A stretch of DNA of 64,000 nt from Macrostomum lignano (lineage: Eukaryota), in assembly GCA_002269645.1 (NCBI GenBank), contig NIVC01002329.1:5219-69218 (forward strand). Reading direction: 5' to 3'. The translations under genes were made by a program, and so were the position numbers. This document shows, piece after piece, positions 38,983 through 50,788 of this stretch (positions are counted from its first letter, which is position 1; every line of letters starts with the position of its first letter). The notes under the pieces were generated by a model that did no database searches, had not been told where the DNA came from, and saw only the letters and a list, made by a program, of their open reading frames with translations.

Positions 38983-39011
38983 GTGAGCTCTGGTTTCTGC
39001 TCCGCTCGTAG

Positions 39012-39320
39012 TGGTAAACACAGTCTGTTGCTATGGTGATAAACAGAGTTGTACGCTCGTAGCTATGGTAAACATAATCTGTAGCTATGTTAAACACAGT
39101 CTGTAGCTATGTTAAACACAGTATCTAGCTACCCTGGTATGTTAAACACAGTATCTAGCTATGGTAAACACAATCTGTAGCTATGGTAAACACAGCATGT
39201 AGCTATGGTAAACACAGCATGTAGCTATGGTAAACACAGCATGTAGCTATGGTAAACACAATTTGTTACTATGGTAAACACAGTATGTAGCTATGGCAAC
39301 CACAGTCTGTAGCTACAGTG
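39012..39320. repeat. 22-bp minisatellite (CTATGGTAAACACAGTATGTAG)n
   Basis: Starts ~30 bp after the GPCR intron 2 donor. Confidence 0.85.
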
Positions 39321-39518
39321 GAGGGTATGTTTTTGGTTGTTTATTTTAGGAAATGAGCTTGTTAGTCTGGTTTACTTGACGAAATATGTGGAACCTGAAT
39401 GATGACAGAAGTCTAAATTAATGACTTTTGTCAACCAGTAATTGTCAGGATTAGTGGCTGCAAGTTAACATCTGGAATCTGTTGCTCTCGCTGGCATTGA
39501 CTTTTAGGAATGTTCGCT

Positions 39519-40078
39519 TGGGAATCCAGGCACTCAGGAATCCAAGCACTCGGGAATCCATGCACTCAGGAATCCAGGCACTAGGGAATCCAGGCACTAG
39601 GGAATCCAGGCACTCGGGAATCCAAGCACTCGGGAATCCAGGCACTCGGGAATCCATGCACTTGGGAATCCAGGCACGCGGGAATCCAAGCACTCAGGAA
39701 TCCAAGCACTCAGGAATCCAAGCACTCAGGAATCCAAGCACTCGGGAATCCAGGCACTAGGGAATCCAGGCACTCGGGAATCCAGGCACTCGGGAATCCA
39801 GGCACTCGGGAATCCAGGCACTCGGGAATCCAGGCACTCGAGAATCCAAGCACTCGGGAATCCAAGCACTAAGGAATCCAGGCACTCGGGAATCCGGGCA
39901 CTCGGGAATCCAGGCACTCGGGAATCCAGGCACTCGGGAATCCAGGCACTCGGGAATCCAGGCACTCGGGAATCCAGGCACTCGGGAATCCAGGCACTCG
40001 AGAATCCAAGCACTCGGGAATCCAAGCACTAAGGAATCCAGGCACTCGGGAATCCGGGCACTCGGGAATCCAGGCATT
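39519..40078. repeat. 16-bp minisatellite (GAATCCAGGCACTCGG)n
   Basis: Ends ~35 bp before the exon 3 acceptor. Confidence 0.95.
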
Positions 40079-40112
40079 CAGTCTCTAGATGTATTTTACA
40101 ATTGCTTCCCAG

Positions 40113-40546
40113 CGGCCCTGGGAAGCTCTGACGACGATCCAATCGACCTTCCTATTTCCTCGGCAATGGCGGCCGCCGCTGTCGGCGCGCCTTCGTCATC
40201 GTCGTCGGCAGCGCCAGGCAGCGGCTTCGGCGGCCTTCCTCGCGACCAGACGGTGCACAGCCTGCTGCCGCATTCCGCCAGCAGCCGCTTCAGCGGCATC
40301 GCCTGCTCGATTGCGGCAGCTTCTACGAGACCCGCCGCCACCGCCGCCACCGCCGCCGCCACCGCCGCCGCCGCCGCTGCTAACTCTTCCTCCGCAGACT
40401 CTGGCTCCGGCTACGCCCAGCTGGGGCCACAGTCGGACGGCGAAGAGGGGGCGGCAGCGGCTGCAACAGAAGAGAAACCGGCCGCGACACGCAACTTCGA
40501 AGAGCATTGCAACAGCAATCAGGAGGCTGGCACAGAGACTGTCTGA
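40113..40546 (+). CDS. GPCR exon 3 (Ala/Ser-rich C-tail, stop)
   Basis: ttcccag| acceptor, phase 1, places the sequence in frame with ORF 40166-40546. Confidence 0.75.
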
Positions 40547-40586
40547 CTGCGCTGTCCTGCATACAAGGGAGGCGGGTTAACGTGAC

Positions 40587-41268
40587 CACCTGAATAACCA
40601 GGCGCCTCCTCACCCTACCTGAATAATCAGGCACATCCTCACCCTACCTGAATAATCAGGCACCTCCTCACCCTACCTGAATAATCAGGCGCCTCCTCAC
40701 CCCACCTGAATAATCAGGCACCTCCTCACCCTACCTGAATAATCAGGCACCTCCTCACCCTACCTGAATAATCAGGCACCTCCTCACCCTACCTGAATAA
40801 TCTGGCGCATCCTCACCCTACCTGAAAAATCAGGCGCCTCCTCACCCTACCTGAAAAATCAGGCACCTCCTCACCCCACCTGAATAATCAGGCACCTCCT
40901 CACCCTACCTGAATAATCAGGCACCTCCTCACCCTACCTGAATAATCAGGCACCTCCTCACCCTACCTGAATAATCTGGCGCATCCTCACCCTACCTGAA
41001 AAATCTGGCGCCTCCTCACCCTACCTGAAAAATCAGGCACCTCCTCACCCTACCTGAATAATCAGGCGCCTCCTCACCCTACCTGAATAATCAGGCACCT
41101 CCTCACCCTACCTGAATAATCTGGCGCATCCTCACCCTACCTGAAAAATCAGGCGCCTCCTCACCCTACCTGAAAAATCAGGCACCTCCTCACCCTACCT
41201 GAATAATCAGGCGCCTCCTCACCCTACCTGAAAAATCAGGCGCCTCCTCACCCTACCTGAAAAGTCAG
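40587..41268. repeat. 29-bp minisatellite (CAGGCACCTCCTCACCCTACCTGAATAAT)n in GPCR 3' UTR/flank
   Basis: Starts ~40 bp after the stop codon. Confidence 0.93.
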
Positions 41269-42294
41269 GTGATTCTAGATTCTGAGAATCATCTGCTGAT
41301 TCTAGACATGAAAAAGTACACTATGTCTACCATCTGCGCATGAAGGTTCGTTTTTATAAAAATCAATTGTGAATAACGCAAATACATCATATTTCGTCTC
41401 ATAAACAGAAACTCGCATAGATGCTCACATTCTTTCAAGTTCTCATTTGTGACAATCTTCAAAGCATATGAGCAACGACTTGAGAACTAGTATTGTAAAT
41501 GTGTTTTTCTTTAATGCGTGCACATTTTACTACTGTCAGTAGTGGCGAATTGTGTTAAAAACTGAAAAAATTATTTAATTGATACTTTAAAGTCTGTTGA
41601 TGTTGTGCATTGCATTTTTTGCTGTTAAACTGAAGTGCAAATCGACATGTTTGACAAAAAAACACGAGAAAAATAAATATCGGAATGCGTCATTAGATAC
41701 CATTAGTTACGAACTAGCAAATAAACTATTGTGACACCTGTAATACAGGGACAAATATTAATAATTAACAAAATCGAATTCCTTCTGAATTATTTTAAAT
41801 GTAAAAAATCAAGCTAAATAATATACCAGCATTCATCTGATGCGGTCACAACTACACAGGTACAAATACACTCGGTAAGGACAACAATCTAATTAATGAA
41901 CACTTCAACACGAAAATAAGGTTAGCCGCTGGACAAAGGTGCGAACAAATCTGAACCAAACAGAGTACGGGGGAGCTTTAAAATTATCGCGGAAAAGACA
42001 CAACGTAGCAAAACTCAACTCAGTGCATACGGCTGGTGCGCCAAGGACTGCTAAATGTAACAGACCTTACTAGTTCACAAGAGCGTTCGCGACTCAGTTT
42101 GCTAATTAACATATTATAATTATTACTTAAAGTAATCCTTAATTAGGGCTATTATCTGCACAGTCAAGTCCTTAGTGCTAAACAAAAATACATTATTTAA
42201 AATAATGCGATGGACGGTTCGATATTATACGATCGATTTATAATGTTTTGAAGCCTAGATGACTAATCTTAGGAAAATTATCCACAGTCCGTGA

Positions 42295-43385
42295 AAATCC
42301 GATGACAAAGTGGGGAAATCCGATGACAATCTGGAGGAATCCGATGTCAAAATGGGGAAATCCGATGGCAATCCCGGGAAATCTGATGACAATTTGGGGG
42401 AATCCGATGACAATCTGGGGGAATCCGATGACAATTTGGGGGAATCCGATGACAATCTGGGGGAATCCGATGACAATCTGGGGGAATCCGATGACAATAT
42501 GGAGAAATCTGATGACAATCTGTCGCAATCCGATGACAATCTGGGGGAATCCAATGACAATTTGGGGGAATCCGATGACAATCTGGGGGAATCCGATGAC
42601 AATTTGGGGGAATCCGATGACAATCTGGGGGAATCCGATGACAATCTGGGGGAATCCGATGACAATATGGAGAAATCTGATGACAATCTGTCGCAATCCG
42701 ATGACAATCTGGGGGAATCCAATGACAATTTGGGGGAATCCGATGACAATCTGGGGGAATCCGATGACAATTTGGGGGAATCCGATGACAATCTGGGGGA
42801 ATCCGATGACAATCTGGGGGAATCCGATGACAATATGGAGAAATCTGATGACAATCTGTCGCAATCCGATGACAATCTGGGGGAATCCAATGACAATCTG
42901 GGGGAATCCTATGACAATCTGGGGGAATCCGATGACAATATGGGAGAATCCGATGACAATCTGGGGGAAACCGACGACAATTTTCTGGGGGAATCCGATG
43001 ACAATCTGGGGCAATCCGATAACAATCTGGGGGAATCCGATGACAATATGGAGAAATCCGATGACAATCTGGGGGAATCCGATGACAATATGGGGAAATC
43101 CGATGAAAATCTGGGGGAATCCGATGACAATCCGGGGAAATCCGATGACTAAATGGAGAAAATCCGATGACAACATTGGGGAATCCGGTGACAATATGGG
43201 GAATCCGGTGACAATATGGGGAATCCGGTGACAATATGGGGAATCCGGTGACAATATGGGGAATCCGGTGACAATATGGGGAATCCGGTGACAATATGGG
43301 GAATCCGGTGACAATATGGGGAATCCGGTGACAATATGGGGAATCCGGTGACAATATGGGGAATCCGGTGACAATATGGGGAATC
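42295..43385. repeat. 21-bp minisatellite (GAATCCGATGACAATCTGGGG) with 168-bp 8-mer HOR, followed by a 20-bp derivative (GAATCCGGTGACAATATGGG)n
   Basis: ATGGAGAAATCTG variant at 42499, 42667 and 42835 (period 168); 20-bp block ~43180-43385. Confidence 0.93.
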
Positions 43386-43769
43386 GACTGACAAATCTCA
43401 GAAAATCCGAAAATTTTGAAAATATCGAACATTGAACAAGTAATGAGCTATCAGCCGAATGGCTCATACCAATATCAAAAATAGTTTTAAATGTCGGTAG
43501 ATTTTCACACGGTTGAAATTCTAGATGATACAGTTTTAGCCCGGATTTTTGTTCAGTTCAAAGGGCCTGGTGCTGTATGCAGTGCACATCATACGTGTAC
43601 ATCAATACATCACCGCCTTCCTGGGCCTTTGGACTGCGAATACAAGCGATAAAATACATGTACGCTTGTAAAGTTGCGTTACAAAACAAAGAAGCGAGAG
43701 CTACATGTATTTGTTTGAAAAATTAGTGTCAAAAATGTGTTTTTACGCCTAGCGATTTAAAACGACTGG

Positions 43770-44167
43770 CTAAGCAGTGGCGTTGCCGCCATCTCCGGCC
43801 AGGGGAGCCACCTCGTCCGCCGGCTTCTTGTCGTTGTCTTCGTCGCTGCTGCTGCTGTAGTCCTGGTCGCTCCGGTTTCTCACCCGCCGCAGCTCCATAG
43901 CCTCGGTCTGCTGGGCCATGGACACACCATGGTTGGCGTTGGCCGGCACGCAGCCCAGTCGTTTGCCGAGCGGAGTGGAGGCGAATGCCGAACGAAATTC
44001 GGCGTTGACAGCGAAGTAGGCCAGCGCTGAGGTGGCCATGCCAGCCTTGGCCAGGAGCAGAGCGGCAGTGGACAGCCCCAGGTAGAGGCCGCTGTCAATG
44101 TGGAGCAGGCTGAGCAGGCTGCAGGCAGCCAGGATTGAGTAGGGCGTCCAGCAGACCATGAAGCCCA
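43770..44167 (-). CDS. Opsin exon 4 of 4 (TM6, TM7 with Lys296, C-tail); gene = complement join(58773-59059,56629-56965,50066-50159,43770-44167), 371 aa
   Basis: ttgccag| acceptor, phase 1; FMVCWTPY; LLAKAGMATSALAYFAVNAEFR aligns without gaps to bovine rhodopsin [22 protein letters not shown]; TAG at 43770. Confidence 0.9.
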
Positions 44168-44168
44168 C

Positions 44169-44675
44169 TGGCAAGGGTTTTGGTGGCTTTTAGTCAATGT
44201 TCTTAGGGTTTTTGGCAAGGTTTTGGTGGATTTTAGTCAATGCTCTTAGGGTTTTTGGCAAGGGTTTTGGTTTCTTTTAGTCAATGTTCTTAGGGTTTTT
44301 GGCAAGGGTTTTGGTGGATTTTAGTCAATGCTCTTAGGGTTTTTGGCAAGGGTTTTGGTTTCTTTTAGTCAATGTTTTTAGGGTTTTTGGCAAGGGTTTT
44401 GGTGGCTTTTAGTCAATGCTCTTAGGGTTTTTGGCAAGGGTTTTGGTGGCTTTTAGTCAATGTTCTTAGGGTTTTTGGCAAGGGTTTTGGTGGATTTTAG
44501 TCAATGCTCTTAGGGTTTTTGGCAAGGGTTTTGGTTTCTTTTCGTCAATGTTTTTAGGGTTTTTGGCAAGGGTTTTGGTGGCTTTTAGTCAATGCTCTTA
44601 GGGTTTTTGGCAAGGGTTTTGGTGGCTTTTAGTCAGTGTTCTTAGGAGTTTTTGGCAAGGGTTTTGGTGGCTTTT
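44169..44675. repeat. 44-bp minisatellite abutting and including the opsin exon 4 acceptor
   Basis: Unit GCAAGGGTTTTGGTGGCTTTTAGTCAATGTTCTTAGGGTTTTTG, about 11 copies. Confidence 0.95.
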
Positions 44676-45184
44676 AGCAAGAATATTTAAGGGGCTTATT
44701 TTTAGGAATTTAGCAAGTGTTCTAGGGGAGATTTTGGGCATTGTGCATCGGAAGCTTTCGTAGGCATTTTTGGTAGTCGGATATGAACGTGCACTGAAAA
44801 GTCCGTTTTGGTCTAGAATAATGTACTGTTTGTACTTTTAATGTTACTTCCCCTACTCTTTCTCTGCAGAGCACAGTGCACATAGGAAGCTAATGGGCAC
44901 TTGGCCAGGTAACAGTCAAGGACCGCTAGTCGTCCTACTAAAGCACCACTTAAGTAGTCCTTGATGAATCCGTCTGCTTGCTCTTCGTCGGTTTTTGTTC
45001 TTTTCTGCGCTGTAACGTGCCGTAAAATAGGAGACTTTATTTTCCCGAGCGATGGAACTGGAGGTAAAGTTGATAAGCTACAGCTGGTGTTTACAGTAGC
45101 AATATCTACTAAGGCGGGAACTCCCCTTGATAAATTTTTGCTGCGAATTTCAAGAAAAAATTTCTTTTTGTTTCGAACCTTCAA

Positions 45185-45474
45185 AGATATTCAGCGATTC
45201 TGCCAGAAGGTCGGATTTATCCCATAAGCGCTAGTACAGTGTATTCAACACATCCCTGTGCGCCAATCAGCACTGCGCCTCAGTGCAGCCTTGCCAAGCC
45301 TCCAAATTTCATCAGCACGTCGACTGCATCTGTCTGCATCAGCTCTGGTTTCATTGGTCCCTGGTCTTCACCCGGGCGGAGCTTCTGGACCTTCAAGATG
45401 TGGCAATAGGTGACTATGGAGTCATGGACGCTCCAACCGAAACTAGAAAATAGGACTCTAGTTTCGCTGATCAA
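45185..45474. mobile_element. Dispersed repeat, copy A (unclassified; copy B at 54942-55208)
   Basis: Long shared blocks, e.g. CCCTGTGCGCCAATCAGCACTGC.CCTCAGTGCAGCCTTGCCAAGCCTCCAAATTTCATCAGCAC, in the same orientation. Confidence 0.7.
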
Positions 45475-47972
45475 GCCTTGACAGTGGGCCAACCTCAACT
45501 GGGACTATGGACGCCCAAACGAGATTTTTACACGTTAAAATTGTTGCGCAAGTGGAACTTAACTCAAGATTTTTGTTTGAGAGCGCAACAAAAAGTTGTC
45601 CGGCAGAATTCCTCCTGGGTAGTTCTACTTTTGAATCACCTTCTGTCTGCGGGCGGCCCTGTTTCCTTAGATTTTAATCTTCTAGTTGGGAAAAGTTTCA
45701 AAAAATCTGATCAAATTTTACTTCCCGTCTGGTTCGTGCGAATTGAGAAAGTCAATTACGTTAATTTAGGCTACACAGGTTGCTGGTTCCGGCTCAGGCC
45801 ATGTAAACCGGGGGTTTGGGGGCTTCAGTTCGTGTTTCATTTGCGTCAATGGGATTTTTTATCGTTCCCGCAGCAATGATCGTGATTAAAAAATTGATAA
45901 CTGAAACCTTCTCCGCCGACAGAAGTTTCTCGCAGTCTAGACTGAGTCCTACTCCTCTGCCTTGTTTTCTTATTCTGGGAAAAAATTCTCGAATCTTTTC
46001 AGGCTTGGAATTAAATTTCGGATAGCGCAAATAATGACTGGGGACTGCGAGTTGAAGCAGATGCGGCTAACAAGAAAAACTTTTGCAATCAGGCGCATAC
46101 TGCATTGCCTTGCTCAAGCTCGGGTTGCTTCCACCTGCTTATTAGACCTGATAATGTCACCAGCTGCTGTTGATGAGCGAGAGTTCGGCCTACTCTTCAA
46201 GAAAACTGGATTATCGGATCTCTCCACCTCAGCAGCGTGGCGCTATCAGGTGGTTATCTTAGCAAAGAATTCCCTGCTCTGCTGCAGAGCTCAATACCAA
46301 AGCAAATTATAGTGCATTTCTCAGCAAACCGTGATCAAAATGGGTGGTAAAATTGCAATTACCTCAATTACCGGATGTTTTTGTACTCGCATGAGTCAAC
46401 TGTCGGAGTGAAGGTTGAATCAAGAGCTGCAAGCTTGATGCCATGAAGGGCAGGGGTAGGGATAAATGTGCGGAGTTACCAGTCCATCCTAAACAATGGC
46501 ATGATGACTTACAGAAGTGTGCAAGAGCATGTTGGTTAGCCAGTCAGTTCGCAAAGGAGGCTGTGGGCGGTTGGTCTCAGAGCTTATTGAAAAAGTCTGA
46601 ACCCTAACTCTGCTTAACAAAGGAGTTTTGTGGCGTTAGATAAGGCAGCTTTTCTAGTCTGTGCTTGGCTCGTCAGAGTAAAGTCTGCATGGAAATATCT
46701 ACTTTGTTTCTCGGCTCCAGGATCACAGAAATACAGAAAGCATAATGAGAACAGAGGAAGCAACGCACGAGTGCATCCCCTAGCTGAGCAAAGGCACTTC
46801 TGGAGCTTGAGTCCGTCCCGGCAAAGACGTCTCTCGAGTTCTCGTAGGACGGGGGACTTCCTTTCTTAGAGAATCTTTGAGGGTGAAATCTTTGAAAGCT
46901 TGTCTCTACACGCAAAAATAACGATGCCTGCGGAGAGAGGCACTTACCAATTTTATTGATTTGCTAATTCTCCAGAGCCTTCATAGTAAGCAGTTTGTCC
47001 TAGATGACTCAATGTTGTGCAAATATTTTGTTTAACCACATGGTCACCAATAATTAGAAGGAAACAGACGCGGGAACCAAATGAATAATCATGCCTTCAC
47101 TCTATGAACTTGTCTTAAAATCTAAATTTCCCATCCTTGTCAAAAGCAGTATCTTGAAAAGTCTAGCTAAAGCAGAGCTGCTGAAGCTGTTTTGAGTCCG
47201 GGGACCGACGCTTCCTATGCGCGCATCCGCCACAGTCAACGCCGTAGCGGCAAGCACTGAGTTCGGGCCTGCCCCTGGCAACCTGACCCCGCAGTAATTG
47301 ACTTTATTTCTGGGAAGGGGGTTAGCTAATAAACTTTCTTCCACACTCTAAGAAGATTAAATTTCTTCGCATCTCTTGCATAGCTATTCGGATGGCTTGA
47401 TTCACGCTTTATGGATAAGGCCAAGGAGACGTGGACTGGTCCTAATGACAATTTCAGATTCCAGAATTTTAATTAAAATTCTCCTTGGCATTATTAAATA
47501 ATCTGAACTTGCCTAATATTGAATGTCAATTACTAAACTTCAATGAAAAGAACTCACGTAGATCAAAGATTTCTATAATAAGCATCTGGGGTGGAAAGAG
47601 AAAATGAAAACAAAAAGAATTTACGAAATGAGGCCCAGCATTGAATGACCATGACTCTGTGGTTTTAACGCATTTTTTTCATTCTGAGCGGCTTAAGAGA
47701 AGGACTGATTTGCACCGATTTAAAATGTCCAAACAAATTCAAAGGAGTCGCAACACCAAAGGACAAATCATTTCTGTTCTGAAATTCTTCTGTTGGGTTG
47801 TCTATATTACGAGGAGCCTAAATTGAAAAACTCGTTTCCATTCCAGATGCTAATTATAGAACTCCTTGACGTAGGCTAAATTTTGGCAGAAAGAATACCA
47901 TTGATTGCTAATTCGAGCCACTTTTTCGACTTTTGTCTTCTCCACTGAGAGTTTTAGACGGCGTGTCGGAGC

Positions 47973-48380
47973 CATGTCGGCTTTATTGTCTATGGCCGAG
48001 TGCAGTTCTGTGGCTGTGGCTTTGGTTGGCTTTATTGTCTATGGCCGAGTGCAGATTGGCTTTATTGTCTATGGCCGAGTGCGTATTGGCTCTATTGTCT
48101 ATGGCCGAGTGCAGTTCTGTGGCTGTGGCTTTGATTGGCTTTATTGTCTATGGCCGAGTGCAGTTCTGTGGCAGTGGCTTTGGTTGGCTTTATTGTCTAT
48201 GGCCGAGTGCAGTTCTGTGGCTGTGGCTTTGATTGGCTTTATTGTCTATGGCCGAGTGCAGCTCTGTGGCTGTGGCTTTGGTTGGCTTTATTGTCTATGG
48301 CCGAGTGCAGATTGGCTTTATTGTCTATGGCCGAGTGCGTATTGGCTTTATTGTCTATGGCCGAGTGCAGTTCTGTGGCA
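47973..48380. repeat. 49/30-bp minisatellite (GGCTTTATTGTCTATGGCCGAGTGCAG...)n
   Basis: Direct reading. Confidence 0.9.
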
Positions 48381-49159
48381 CTGGCTGCTGCTAGAGCTAG
48401 TGGGGGCTCTCCACTTGATAGGCTCACCGGTAGCAAGTGGCGAGTTTGACAAGCGATCACTGAACACAGACTTCTACTGCTAATTCCATGGTCTGTCGCT
48501 GCACTTAACTGAAGGCTCACTATAACCATGCAAAGTCGCTTTCTTGGAATTATGCAGGCTCTCAGCCTTTGACAAAACTTTGTGGCCTTAAATTGCAAGT
48601 TTAAGTGTTAAATTCTAGGCTTTCTTGTCTTTTCTGTCAGGGAATTGTGTGTTGTCTTATGGCCCAACCTGTGTTTATTGCACGATTACATAGGCTTTCA
48701 ATTTTTAATGTCTATCTATATACTGTATATTCTGCATCTTTCAGCGAAAAGAGAGATTCGAGTTGTCAAAAATGATCAACTAGAACCATGTTTTCTATTC
48801 AGTGTGCCATTGAGTTATCTGTCGTATTTACAGACGTAAAAATGAAATTAAAATTCAATCCATTAAAGCGTATGCGACAAAAAATTTGCTAATTTTATTT
48901 TTTAAACTCGTTACGGCGAATCAGTCGATAGATCTTTCTCTGAAAGCTTCGCTTTTCGCAGTTATTTTATTTAAAACGTCGATTTTAATTTTTTTAATTG
49001 AAAAGCATCGCTTAAAAGCGTCACGCTGTTTGATTTAAGCGGTAGCTGCTTTATCTGTGCAATCAATTGGGAAACCCAATTTAGTTTCTTTTGCCTGAAG
49101 CTCAAATACAGGCAGATCGATTGCGGGATGGAGGCGGAGTGCCGGTCGCAGAGTGGGTG

Positions 49160-49680
49160 GTACAGAGAGACAGAGGTGGAGTTCTATGGTCTAAGTCCTG
49201 GTATGTACAGAGAGACAGAGGTGGGGTTCTATGGTCTAAGTCCTGGTATGTACAGAGAGACAGAGGTGGGGTTCTATGGTCTAAGTCCTGGTATGTACAG
49301 AGACAGAGGTGGGGTTCTATGGTCTAAGTCCTGGTGTGTACAGAGAGACGGAACTGGGTTCTATGGTCTAAGTCCTGGTATGTACAGAGAGACAGAGGTG
49401 GGGTTCTATGGTCTAAGTCCTGGTATGTACAGAGACAGAGGTGGGGTTCTATGGTCTAAGTCCTGGTATGTACAGAGACAGAGGTGGGGTTCTATGGTCT
49501 AAGTCCTGGTGTATACAGAGAGACGGAACTGGGGTTTTATGGTCTAAGTCATGGGATGTACATGTACAAAAAGACGGAGCTGGAGTTCTATGGTCTAAGT
49601 CCTAAGGCTGTACAGAGAGACGGAGCTGGGGTTCTATGGTCTAGGTCCTAAGGCTGTACAGAAAGATGGAGCATGGGTTC
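49160..49680. repeat. ~45-bp minisatellite (GTACAGAGAGACAGAGGTGGGGTTCTATGGTCTAAGTCCTGGTAT)n
   Basis: Direct reading. Confidence 0.9.
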
Positions 49681-50065
49681 TTAGGGCCCGAGAATGGACG
49701 CATCAAGCCAGCTTCTGCATAGAAACGGGAGCTCGGGCCATTTTTTATGAAGCAAGGGCTTACATGCTCATTTAAAAGCGATTCACGAGTTTTTTCAACT
49801 GAAAAAACAAGCTGCAATTATCTTTTGAAGTCGGTGCTCATTAAGCGACTCTTGATGTGGACGGCACACCTTCAGTTTGCCAATCCGATTCGTGACTCGG
49901 ATGTCTCCATTCAGATTAGGGGATCTGCTCGACTCAGCCCCCACACAAGCTCTAATGAGAATCTCCCACTTCCGATGTTTGTAAGCGTTTATAAGGAAAT
50001 AATTGCTGCCCAAATACTTTGTCTCTGATCCCGTGAGAGGCGACCAATTTACAAAACCAGCTCAC

Positions 50066-50159
50066 CGATGATGGCCAGCACGTGAATGACGAACTGACGA
50101 TCACGCCTGGCCTGATTGCCGCTAGAGGTTGACACGATTGAGCTGCGGTGTCTGCGGAT
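50066..50159 (-). CDS. Opsin exon 3 (IL3, start of TM6): IRRHRSSIVSTSSGNQARRDRQFVIHVLAII
   Basis: ctccctcccccgcag| acceptor and GTGAGC donor; 94 nt, phase 0 to 1, exactly bridging exons 2 and 4. Absent from the ORF track. Confidence 0.85.
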
Positions 50160-50199
50160 CTGCGGGGGAGGGAGCGGCGACGGTTTGATTCTGTGATCC

Positions 50200-50325
50200 T
50201 CACTCTCAGTGACTCCTACGGGTAATGATCCTCAATGATTCTCAGTGACTCCTAATGATCCTCAATGATTCTCAGTGACTCCTAATGATCCTCAATGATT
50301 CTCAGTGACTCCTAATGATCCTGGA
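50200..50325. repeat. 30-bp repeat (TGACTCCTAATGATCCTCAATGATTCTCAG), ~4 copies, next to the opsin exon 3 acceptor
   Basis: Direct reading. Confidence 0.85.
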
Positions 50326-50788
50326 TTAATCATCACCCAAGGTTTTCAATCACTCTTGATGATCATTATTGTTAGTATATTATTCCCATAGATTACCAAT
50401 AATTCACAGTGAGTATCTGTGATTCTCAATGATAATTTACCATTTTGAGTCATTATTTCTGATTCTCAGTTATTTTTCCTAGCTTGTATTATAAATTCTC
50501 TCCTAAAGTTCATTAAGAATAACTAATGATGATGGCTGAGGCTTCAGTCCGGTTTGCCAGCTCTATGAGCCCCATCTGCTCGAAACTAATGACTGAAGGA
50601 CTGCTCATGCTCATAGCTAATTAGGGAAAAGATGGACAGAAAACAGTGGGAAAACAAGATCAATGTCACACATGGAAGCCTATATGATTGGAGACCTTGA
50701 TCTGTTTGCCAGGCTTGCGACAAATTAACAGGCTTTGGATTTGGAAACTGTTCATCGTCTACAAAACCATGGACTATTCGTCTATGCT

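Noticed and set aside
32657-40546. Assigning the GPCR as a prostanoid receptor because of the TM6 intron
   Set aside because: Diagnostic prostanoid motifs (EL2 PGTWCF, TM7 Arg with DPWxY) are absent.
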